From positions 3,720,001 to 3,784,000 of the forward strand of contig JBLDXI010000013.1 in assembly GCA_047495785.1 (NCBI GenBank): DNA of 64,000 bases. The letters are read 5' to 3'. Position numbers and translations under genes: made by a program. Source of the DNA: Lepidodermella squamata (taxonomy: Eukaryota > Animalia > Gastrotricha). Under the pieces are notes generated by a model. It searched no databases, was not told the origin of the DNA, and saw only the letters and a program-made list of their open reading frames with translations. This document shows positions 13,321-25,113 of this stretch, in pieces (positions within the stretch are counted from its first letter, which is position 1; each line of letters begins with the position of its first letter).

Positions 13321-14276
13321 GATAAAAGTGTAATTGAAGTTTTGAAAAAGGGACGAATTGCTTGATCTATGCTTGGTGAAGCTGGTTTTATAGGGTGGGA
13401 AAATACGTGCAGAGGATCCCACTCACTGTTTTTTGTTTTTTACACCCATACCAAAGTCAACAAGCGAGGTGACGCGGTAGAGGGCGTAGCGGATCTCGGA
13501 AGCGCGTCCGTTATTAGAGTAATATGCTGCTATATGGAATTAAATTTATGTGACTGGAAGATTATTCAAGCATCAAAACAACAGCTGAATTGACGAAAAT
13601 CATCAGCAAGAAAACAATTGAATTCATGCGTAGGTGCAAGTTGGCAAGGCAAGTTGGTTGGTGCTTATATGATTAAAATTAGTGGGTCAAGTAATCAGGA
13701 GCTTACAAAAATTGCTTCAAGTCAGGAATAACGAAATTTCCACTTGGGACCCTAAGCTGATCAAGGCTGGAGTTCCGCAAGGTGCTATTATCTGTCCCCA
13801 CCCTGCTTAAACTATACTCTGAAAAACCACAGTTAATCCGCTTTTCACTTGCCATAGAAGACCTGATCTGTCTGTTTTTCTCATTCTCAGTTCACATTCC
13901 GTCGCTTGAACAATGCTGCTTGATTCTCGATGACATCACACTTTAGCTTGATAGCAAATCGATCGTATATCGAACAGCTATAACCTTCGGCTTCCACTTC
14001 CATCAAAAATAGCAATCAAATAGACGTCTAATCAGCCTTAAAGCGATTTCAGCTATAAACTCAAGTTTATGGAAAAGATATCAATTCCCGATTTCACTAT
14101 CACGTTTTCATTGTCTATCAAATCTACAAAGCAAAGGTTTCATAATTCTTAGAATTGATCATTAAATTAATATCAAGTAGGTACATCAGGTAATTTAGTG
14201 CATATACGTTTGATAAATTAGAAAGTTAATTAATCAAGCTTTCGAAAAATCGCTTCAAGTCATGGATAACCAAGTT

Positions 14277-15263
14277 TTAAACGTTGATGTGAGCTTCGGC
14301 GGTCTTTCTCTCAGGATCTGGATTGATCGAAATCGTGAGCATCGCAGGTTCGACAGGCTGTTCTGAAGATTGAGCCGTGGCTCGCAATTCATAGGTTTCA
14401 GCCCGATTTTCAACAATAGGTCGAGGCGCCTGCTGGACTGGTTGTTGTTGCTGCTGGTGTTGGTGATGCTGGTTATTCTGGGCAAGTTCCTGATCCCGTT
14501 GTTCTCGTTCGAGCTGCCTATCCGCAGCTGATTTGGCGATGCAGCACATGCAACAAGCGGCAATGCCGGCGCAACAAACTGCGCAAAAGGCGCAGAATAC
14601 GGCCATGGCGAGCATGGCTACTCGGAACCCATAGGCGATGCAAGCTTAAGAAGGAAAGAAGTCACAATGGAATCGAAGGGAATCGTTCTTCCATACCTAT
14701 AATGTCGAGAATGTTGGCGCAGCCGTAGCCATTGGCACATCCCCAAAGTGGAGAGTTGTCGACATCCTTACCAGAAGCCAGAGCGGCGATAAGGACGGCA
14801 AATGCAACAATACTGCATGCAGCAGATAGAACACTCTTGATTGCTAAAGAAAATTGTCAATGCAATGAGAACAATTAAAATGATAATATAATGGAAAATG
14901 ATATATAAGGATAATATATTTTATAAAATAATGGATGGGTTTCCTGAATGAGCAGTTTTACTTACTGTTCAGTCGATCCTCATTGACTGCATCTAGTGTG
15001 GCGGTTTTCAGGCGCAAAACGAAAATAATGACCGCAAAAACGATTTCCGCGCAGCTGTACGCCACACAGAAGGCATTGGCTGATATGAATAATTTCCGAT
15101 CGCCGCGAACCTGATAGTTTATGGCAGTTCCAAGGGCAGCTGCGACAAAGGCTAACAGAAACATGTTAGCGCCGACATCGGTGATCATACTTCGCTTCCT
15201 TTGCTTTTGCCTGGCCTCCTCATCTTGAGGCTGTTGGTTGCCACCTCGCCTAAAGCCGTCCAT
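14277..15263 (-). CDS. Small multi-pass membrane protein, family copy 6 (Cys-rich then Gln-rich tail)
   Basis: RGDRKLFISANAFCVAYSCAE; middle exon with WGCANGYGCANILDII; last exon YGFRVAMLAMAVFCAFCAVCCAGIAACCMCC. Confidence 0.75.
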
Positions 15264-16139
15264 GTAAAATTGTGCTTTCACTTGAGAAAAAGTCTATGTA
15301 TCTCCGCTCGTAATCTGTAAGAAATAACCAGGGACCGCACTCGTCTTTCGCTGTGCCGGTAGCTATTACTGCGAGAAGCTAAAAAGCAACAGCTGATGGC
15401 CAGTCGTGTTTAAAATACTGCGTCATTTCAGAGAGATATTTCCATCGCGCAAAGTTGAATCCGCCTTTGACGCCCGTCACGCAGATTCAATGAATCGCAC
15501 GGTTGTTTGTCGGATCGAGGGCACGCAAGTGCGCGACAACAGGGGAGGTCCCTTTCATCGCGGAGTTCTGAATAGACGATATTTCTGTAATGAACAGCGA
15601 TTGAGACGAGGGGGATATATGTCTGCGTTTATTCACATGGTCCACACCTGACCGCGGGTCACGATGGGTGACGAAGCGAGTGCAGGTGACGAATCGGTTT
15701 TCGGAATGGTAACGTGCGCATTCATGCCGATCTCCTTAATCACCTCCAAAGGTAGCTGAATCAGTAGTTCTGCGCTTTTCTGGAGAAGATTCAGCGAGCG
15801 ATACATGCTGGCAAAGCCGGTTCAGGTGACTTCAGCACCTATTTCGCAGCTCCTTACCGCCATAACGCAATAAAGATCAATACGAACTCCAACTTAAAAA
15901 AGGGATGCCAACGTTTTTCATACTATAAGGGATCCTTGGAAGGTTACAATGAGCGTCAATGAGCAGGAACCCCTTTCAAAGGGTCGAACCGAATGCGGAA
16001 GCTAAGATAGCCATGATATAGTCAGCGATCAGAAAATACGATTTTAATTATTGGCGGTGCGAAATTATATGCTAGACGAGCGCATTGTTAAAGTCATTTT
16101 CCTTACGTTAGACAAAGGCCTGCAAATTGTGAGATGCTC

Positions 16140-19130
16140 ACATCACACGATCACTGCATATGATAACATCATTCCACTTCGTTTTTACTTCCATTATTTC
16201 AAATCCAGGGCTAAGCTCGATGCCGAAATAATTATTATCATAAATTACGACCTTGGTGGCGACTTCTCTCTGAAACAGTTCGATGCCTGCTCTCACTCAC
16301 TTTCGCAGCGAATAAAGCAACGGAGCCAATGATGCAATATGCTATCGTAATTGCAGATACGATTATATGAAAATTAGCCGGATTTTCTAGTGTAATTACG
16401 ATGAGAAGCGCACCGGCGATCAGAATTAAAATTTCAGCGTGTAAGCCCAGGACAGCACGTTTCAGAGCTGATCGCAAGTTTTCAATTTTTCTAGCCTTTG
16501 AAGAATGAACAAATCTTTCGAAAAAAATTGAACTTTGACACTTTGAAGACTTACCGGTGGAATTGAATTAATTCGAATCGCCAGAAAGACTAACCTCAAC
16601 AACAAAACAGCCATCAAAACCGCCATCAATGATATGAGTATGTTAGAATTCAGGTCCAGAGTACAATAGATGCGGTAGTACTTGACTATAACACCGGAAG
16701 ATATGTTACTCAAGTCATTTGATAGGCGATAAAATTTGGATTCGGATAACGACCTAGTCAAAATGAAGATGACGAAGAGGGCCGCTTGAAGAGCTGTTAA
16801 CAATAGGGGTAGATATCTTATTGAATGGATAATGGACTTCTTTCCAGAGCTTCTTCTAATCGATGCTGGCTTGCTTGAGAGTGAGCTCCTTGTGGATCCA
16901 AGAGATTCGTAAATTCGGGTGATGGCATCAGTATGAAGTCGAGCTGCTGTATTGTAAAGGGCTTTGGCGAGAGCATATCCTCTTTCCAATTTAACAAGCT
17001 GACTGGAAAGTGATAGATTGAATCCAGTCACAACAAAAAACCATTGAAAATAGCAGTTCATTACGACGCTTGATACGATTCCAAAGGGCAGAGCCAAGCT
17101 ATGAGAGAGCATCAAAATGAAGCTAACAAGCACTTGAAGATCTTCGACAGTCAATTCTTTAGGGTTAACCATGGAAATCGAGATTAGCCTCCTCTTAGCC
17201 GTGACACCAAGAATTAAAGTTGTTAGACAAATGGCGATCATAATAGCAGAAATCCCTGCAAATTACAAGTGCAAATGTGGAATTATTCGATTCTCCCACT
17301 CACCAAACAAGGAAATCACAGGGCCGTTTGGAATTAAAGGCAGTTGTACATCCAGGTAGGCGAAGCTGTCTTTCGGCGGTAAGCCATTATAGGTGCCCCA
17401 TGAGAAGTTGTTTGCAGTGTAAATGATTGAACCGTTATTTCTGGTGGAGCTGTAATAGGCTGGGATGACTACAGCTGTTACATTACCAATAATCTGATAT
17501 TGAGAAAAAGCGATTGGCACGGAACCGGACCACTGTCCATTCGGCTTAACCGAGTAATCACCTTTGAATCCGGCGACCCTCGTCTTTATTATGCCCTGTT
17601 TGAGGTATTCTCCGATGGTTGAGTCGGCCATTGAATCGTTAAAACTTAGATTTCCTAATTGGAAAAAAGATGAGATGGCATTCAGGGTTGATACAATTTT
17701 ACTCACTTGATCGAAGGATTGAATATGTGTTATTCACTATTGCCCCTATTATGAGGGCTTTGTCGTAACAAACAAGCGGCCAATTAGATAGGAATTTAAA
17801 TTCCTCAAAGTTGGGCATCCTTTGTCGTATTTTCGTTGAAAAACCAGACATTGTAAGTCCAGTTGAATCAGGAAGAAGCTGGTTATCGAAAACTTCAGCG
17901 CGAGACGAATCGCCATAAAATATAGCATTTAGAATCACCTGAAAATACGTGATTAGTTAAGCAATGAGAGTTTCTCGTCAACTAACCTCCCTTATCATCT
18001 CGTGAGTGCACCAAGGGCTGACAACTTCAGGAATATCGATGTCGAACTTGACGTAGGCCCACGAGCTGATTATATACTTGTAAGATGGCCCAACTAAGCC
18101 ATATCGATGCAGATAACACATGGCAGCGGTTGGTGCTGAAATTTCCAGCATAATGATGTGCGGATCGCGATCTGCCATTTCGCTAAATATCTTATCGTAC
18201 TCGGCTGGGTCTTGAGAGCCTTCGCTGATTTTGTCCATCCAAACTAGGGATATGTTTCGCTCCTCTAAAGCGTCAATGACCAGCGCATCTAGCTGATAAA
18301 GTTAACAGACAAATTCCTCTCTACTGTTTGGTTTATAAGTACTCGAGATTACCATATTATATAAGTCGGCCAGTTCAGATAAAATTCCGACTTTCCTCCA
18401 GCCCATTTCTATCACAAATGCCGCTACTGCTTGATAGGCGACTTCCCCTGTGTCTCCGAATGGAAAAAAATTTCGATATGCAACCCGATTTGTTTTCAGC
18501 TCGACTTTGTTTGGGAAAACGGAGGCCTTATAGTTCAAGATTTTAAATAGAAAACATTTCATGATCTGAAATCATTCTCGAACCGTAAATACGTTGTAAC
18601 GCTTGCTAATACTTGCTGCCAACTTTTGAGCAGTAACCGTGCAGTCTGAGATGAAAATAAACGGGATTCTGTGGAAATAACTTGAGCTTCCTTCCACTGC
18701 ATCGATGAAATTTCCAATATCTACAGCATCACTGCACTGGAATAAATCAAACTGTTGCTTATTAACAACGTGCCAACGCCGCTCTCCTTACCAAATCATC
18801 TTTCAGCTGAATCGCAAGCTCGTGGTCCGGCAACCAGTTTTCCTGTAGTCTAAGCTGGTCAAGAGCAAGCTGCATAGCCCGAGGACATACTGGTCCCGAA
18901 GGAAAGAATTCACTTCCGAAGGTGATTGAAGCCATCAAAGTTATTAATGGCCTCCCCGAGGTCAGGTTTGTCGAAGACGGAAGGACATAATCAGGCATGA
19001 GATCATCAGGCGACGAAAACTCGCTGGCTGCAGTGGAACTTCTCCAAATTTGTGGTATTGTAGCATGCTGCTCATAGCCGCTTACGCTTAGGACACCCGT
19101 AATCATTAAAGATTTTATAATAGAAATCAT
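16140..19130 (-). CDS. Divergent class C GPCR, GABA-B-receptor-like (Venus flytrap + 7TM), multi-exon; 3' end approximate
   Basis: Signal peptide; GPVCPRAMQLALDQL..WLPDHEL; EMGWRKVGIL; DPHIIML..MCYLHRYGLVGPSYKYII; seven hydrophobic segments at 16300-17320. Confidence 0.75.
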
Positions 19131-20785
19131 TCTATAGCTAGACTACGTTAAAAATCGACTTGATAGGAAAGGTCACACTCAAGTACAAACATGTAGCTGC
19201 AACCTCTGTTTCCCCCGCGGAGCGTGCTCAACTCTAATAGTCGTAATAGCCTAACTAGCTTTGCTTCAAGTTTTTTAAACTGAAAGGTAAGGGAAGGAAA
19301 TGCATAATCTGATGATATAAGTGTAGCTTATAGATTATACAGGGCGATATATCCTTGATACGTGATATTTAAAGACTGCGCGGGGTATCCCCGTGTTATA
19401 TACGGAACCCTTTATTGGACTATCTATTATGTAGAAAGAATTATTAATACCTTGACGACAATGGAATCGAATCCATACCCCTAGCGACTAGGACACTGAA
19501 TGATTCTTTTGCTAAACAGTCGATTTAGGAGTAGAAAAGATGGCGACGTATTCAAATATGCAGAAAATGAGCGCTTGCTCTTAGGAATCTCGCCTCTCGC
19601 CCCGCCTCCTCAAAAATCTTACTTCATACCTTGAGGCAATCGGAAGTATACTTATAGAACCTTTATTTTTTTAGATTCATTGTTTTGCTAGTTCAATCCA
19701 ACAACCGACTTCTCAGATAACGCTGTATGTCTTTGGCCTGTTTACTTTTGTCTGATTCATTACAGCAACATGAAATTAAGGAAATGAAAATTGATGCTCG
19801 AAATTCGAAGATGCAGCTGTTTTGAATAAATGAACTTCCCTCGCCAAAATATGCAGTCGTTTCGCAATCACGATTTTTTGCCTGAGCATCAATCCACGCC
19901 TCACTAATACATGATCTACAAGCATGTAGTTGCGCTTCTCACTCCTGTTCCAGCACTATAATCTCACAAGAAATGCTTGTCTGAACCAGGAATGAGTGCA
20001 TCAAGTGGATCCCCTGCTAAGATACCTCATGGGCAGACACAGAGCGTCGGTTTTTTCATGATTTTATCCGCGGTCAGGTACCAACTGAATAATTTTCGAC
20101 TATATTATCCGTCAGGCTTAAATCATACCCATAAATTTTGAACCATCTCGTAGCTCAATTCCGGATGATATCATTTGTTTATTTTTCACGCTAAAGTTAA
20201 CTCTCCTCAGTGCTGCTAATTCACAGAATGGTGTGAAGCACAGCGTATATAGTGTAAGCCAATATCTGCACTTCCGCCACGCAATTTTTTAGACTTGCAC
20301 TAGCAACAGCGCTGTGGCCACTCTTTAGCAAGGCAACGCAGAAAAAAATAAATAAAAATAATAGTTCGCGCATATATCCATCATCATCGAAGTATCGTGT
20401 TGTATATTCTTATCAGTTTAATAAGAATAGCCGCGAGTTGAATCAACATATTGAATTATGCATCAATCGCCCTCACTTGTTCTAAGGCTACGAATGCGAG
20501 AGATGCATTGATTTATTTTTCATCATCTCGCTAACTACATGGAGAAAATCGCATTACGACCGCAAAGGGTCGCCGCTTATTAGCTTACGGCTACTTGAAG
20601 TCAACAGCCTTTATCTTAGTTTTATTATTTGCTTTTCCGACGCTATATATCTCAACGATTAGCCACCGCACAAAAAACCGCCGCTTGTCTGTCTTCTCTG
20701 TGGGGTATAAATCTCGGTCGGCAAAAAATCATCAACGCTTCCGATAATTTTGTTTTTTATCTCTTCTGCGAGCTAGAGACGTTTT

Positions 20786-23615
20786 ATGAACAAAAGTACC
20801 GCCAAAGTAGATGCCGATTTTAATGATCGTCTTTCATTTGTTTGGCAACGATGTGAGCATTTGCTGACAACAAATCTTTCACTGTCGAAGGGAGGCCTGG
20901 GTAATCACCTTGTTGCGAGAAATTTGATTACCTTCGGCGATTTCAATCTCCTTCAATCAATAGTATGTGTGATTTGTAATCTTAGAATTCATATTTCATT
21001 TCCCTTTTTATATAGGTGGAAATAAGCGTTGATGAAAGGACCAGGTTTCTATTCGAAAAATTGCTCTTCATGAATTGTGACCGGCGACGTTGGGGGGATA
21101 TAATAGGTGCTATACGAGATTCGGGTTCAAATAATGTTGCTGACGAGCTTGTTAGGCATTTCAATGAATTCGATAAAGATTTGTTGGGTTCTGAGAGGTA
21201 GGACCAAGAATTGAATGAATGACCAGCTCAGCTTTCATCTTTCAGTGACACAAAAATTTTCGGCCACATTCCCGATCTCAAAGATGACGATTGTCCATGT
21301 TCCTATGAAAATGAACGTCTGCTGCAACAGAGCTTCTTGCAACTATGCAAATCCTCAAATAACGGTTGGTTTTTGTATTCTAAACGAGATACATTTTTAA
21401 TCGGTTTTCAATCATTCTAGGCGTTTTATTAGTAGATTCTGCTTTGAACCTCGGCAAAACTGCTTTGATAATCGTTCAAGGCGTCGCTCTCAATCATCAG
21501 TTTCTGAAAAACCAATGCAACATAGACACTGTTGTTTGGCTCCACGTCTGCCGCTACTTTGACCGCGGAGTTTTCGATGATGCCAAGTTTCAGCGCGACC
21601 TAGCTGACATCCTCGAGATAAATTGCGATGAACGGAATGGCAAATCAAGTCGGGAAATTAATTTCCATTTCAAGCATCAGGAATCTTTCCATTCGTATCT
21701 TGTGGTTTTGGAACACTCTTTGCGGCCAGATGTTGTAAAAAACGTCCAGCCATTGATGGGGCAAAAAACTAAAATGATTATTTCTTCGGAAGGAGGAATG
21801 GCTTTCTCCCTTTCCCCGGAACACGCGCTAGTCAAATTATCCAACCGCAGCGACGAATTTAATCCTCCGCAAGATTTCCGCTCCATTTTTACTGAAAACG
21901 TTGCCGTAAAGGAAAAGTCTTTCGCTTTTCTTATATTCGAAAAGGCTACGGCAGTTTGTATTGAAGACTTGGAAATATTATGGCAATGCCCAGCAGATCA
22001 AGCTCTTGAATTCCTAGCTCTGTTAGAACGATCGCGTGTTGTTACGAAGACTTATAGCAATCAAAGTTTCATCATGGACTGTTCCGCTTACGAAGCTCTT
22101 TCGAATTTCACCATTGATGTGGAGAAACTTGGGCAAAGCATTCATGACTTGCGGTCGCGATTGATGTTAGTCATCAAGAACGCTGCTGGAGAAAACGTTC
22201 TACATCAAGCTGTGAGGAATAGCCGAAAAGCTCTGATAGAAGCAATTTTTCAGACTTTTCACGCTTATCCCAATCTTGGTCTTGTTCAGCTTTCAACTGA
22301 GCAAACCAGCGAAGGCGAAACTGCGTTGCATTACCTTCACAGAATTGAAATTCTGAAACATGAAAGTACTCAATCCCAAGAAAGCTTGACTTACACTCGA
22401 CTCTGTAGAACGGTGGACAAATTACTGGCAACAGAAGGCGGGAGATCAATCTTCAGCATCAAAAACGCTCAGAAGAAAACTATTATGCACCTTCTTCAGA
22501 GTGACGTTCTCACAGCAAAAGTCTGGTACCGGAATGCGTTGTTGATTTCTGCAGCTTATGGGTTCGAAAAGTTGGCCGAGGTTCTTCTCGATGTCGGAGT
22601 GATCAGCAATGAAATCAATGCAATTAAAGATCGTCAAGGGAACTCTGCTATGCTCTTGGCTACGATCAATAAGCAAACAATGGTAGTTGAGCATCTATTG
22701 CGGAAATGTCCCAATATTCACGTCAACGATCAAAATCGCTTGCAAGATACGGCCTTATTAATCGCGGTTCGAGATGGCTCGACTGAAATTGTTAAATTGC
22801 TATTGAAGTCGAAAGATATTGACCTATCAGCTAAGACCAGCCGAAACTGCAATCTGTCTTTGTTCGATTACAACTCATCCAGCCGGAATTGTGGTGTCAG
22901 CGCAATGGCTATGGCTGTGATTCATTGTAATCCTGAAATAGCTGAGTTGTTGGTTCAAGCTGGGGCGGCATTGGAGCCTTACGAAGCGAGAGGTCTGCTG
23001 ACTATGGGTCACGTCAGAGTGAACAGAAAAATCTGCGATTTGGTGCGCACTTCCATGACCAAAGGATCAAATGGAGATTTCTCGCCTACTACAGAAAGGA
23101 AGTCGTCCATCACTTCAAGTACTTTATTACTAACACCTCCTATCGTAAGGTCCAAATCAATACCCAGGAGCCTTGAATGCAAAGAAACGATCAAAGTGAT
23201 TAGTCATATCGATGGAAGGTATGACATAGTAAATAGCGCTGATGAAAAGCTGGTTTCCTTCACAATCAGCCCTATTTTGGATCAAAGACCTCTTTACTCA
23301 TCTAGCCAAGATTTATTCCTGGCATCAACTGCCGAAATTGGTGCCTTAGCACCTTTGATGTTTGCTGCTCTCAAAGGAAACACGTCTCTCAGCACCCTTT
23401 TCCTCTCAAAAAGGACTCTGCCGCGATTTAACAACAGCCTTTTGATAACCCTGCCAAAGAAAGGCCAAATAATCTTGAGCCAAGAAACAAAGGACATCAA
23501 GGACGAAGTTAGCCCATCATCATCGAGCAGCTCGAAACAAATAGCCGTTGCAACGGTGGCTCTTGCAGCCGGTACCTCGATAGCTTTCATTTTAAATCGA
23601 ATAAAATTTTACTAG
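20786..23615 (+). CDS. Apaf-1/CED-4-like protein: CARD-like + degenerate NB-ARC + ankyrin repeats + C-terminal TM anchor (4 exons, 890 aa)
   Basis: Exons 20786-20962, 21016-21197, 21246-21364 and 21421-23615 join in frame via GT-AG. Ankyrin motifs (GENVLHQAV, GNSAMLLA, DTALLIAV) are clear. P-loop-like LLVDSALNLGKTAL, VVWLHV, YLVVLEH, KMIISS. Confidence 0.8.
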
Positions 23616-23696
23616 TCGCAACAAATTATCAAAATATATTTAATGAGGAAGCAATAAAAACACAATGAAGGATGAAGGATGAGGTATGTTGTGTCA

Positions 23697-24474
23697 TCAT
23701 GGGAACCAGCGGTCGAAGAAGAAACGAACTCCAGGGCGGAAGTTATCGCGGCACGCCATACAGTCTGCAACTAGAGCTAAGATCAGGGCTCGAAGGCCGA
23801 GAAGAGCCGCGGAGATTATTGCCAACATGTTAGCACAGCCAAAGGCGCCGCAGGTTCCAATTGGGCCACTGTAAGCTGCACCGGCTTTTATTAGGCTAGC
23901 TACGAAGACGCAATAGGTCACAACACTTGCCAGGATGCTTATTGCAGTAGCTAGAAAGACATCAAATGAGAAAGTGCTTGGTCAAACGTTGCAGTAGCTT
24001 ACCAACTCCGACATTGAGTAAGTCATAACACTTCGGGGTGAAGATAAAGTAAGCCGCGGCGTAGAATAAGGTCTCGGCTGCGGAGACAATGGTACTTAAA
24101 AGAAAAGCAGAATGGAAGTCGTCGCGCTCCCCGCGGTAAAGTAGTTCGTTCGGAGCCTCTTCCGAAGAAATGTAGATCAGGATCAATCCACAGCCGCTGC
24201 TTGTTAGAATTAGAATGCTGAACATTAGGGCTGACAAAGTCGCAATGCTTCTGTATAATTCGGCTTTTCGTTGTAGATGAGTTTGTACCACTGGGCGTTC
24301 CTCTACAATAATGGCGGGCTGAGCGGCCTTGGTTTGTTGATAGAGGTCGTTGCCAGCTGTAACTGTTACAGATGCAGCTGAGGATCGCTGGGATGAGCTA
24401 TTGCCCCATGTATCTGCAATGCCCACGTTGCTATCAAGCAGTTGAACAATCGAAATTCTTGGGCCTGAATCCAT
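23697..24474 (-). CDS. Small multi-pass membrane protein, divergent family copy 7
   Basis: RGERDDFHSAFLLSTIVSAAE and CGAFGCANMLAII..GLR..CMAC match the family motifs; 2 exons. Confidence 0.7.
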
Positions 24475-25113
24475 TGCACTTAATTACTGAAATTCCTATT
24501 ACAATAAGCAAAAAATCAATGGCTGCTGAATATATGCGAGGTGTCAAAAATGGCCTGGGTGACACATAATCAATCCTATTCATAGAGAACTCTAAAATTA
24601 GTGTAGGATGGCCTATGTATGATTCATAATTTCGAGCTACCGATGAAATATTGCCTCATAAATCCAGACGTTATCGCCATATATGGGTCTTCAGAGTAGT
24701 CTTTTTTTAATTGCGTACCCACCATCGAATAACGCGGCCATTGTCGTGGTGTAGTCACTACAATGGGCGTGCACGAGTCAACCGGCCAAAACACGCATTG
24801 TGCTTATGCGTCTTGTTTTTTTCTTCCCGTTTTTATTCTGCCTATATTATGACCCAGCGTACAAGTAACAAACAACCTGATGATTACTCATCGGCCCATT
24901 CACGCACTAGGTACTGGAGACATTGCGTAATGTGAAGATTTTACGCCAATATAACAACCGCTGCGGTAAGGCGCGTAAATATTTTGTCACACACAGGGCT
25001 AAAAACGTTACTATCTCGGCTTGGCCTATACCTCAAATAACCGCACGGATGAATGGACCATCTCCAAAATAAAACGATTCTCAACGTAAAAAATAGCTTT
25101 TTTATTTAAAATT

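Noticed and set aside
19450-19525. B-box-like GGATTCGATTCC on the minus strand (tRNA or SINE-like)
   Set aside because: Cannot fold a convincing cloverleaf; at most a decayed remnant.
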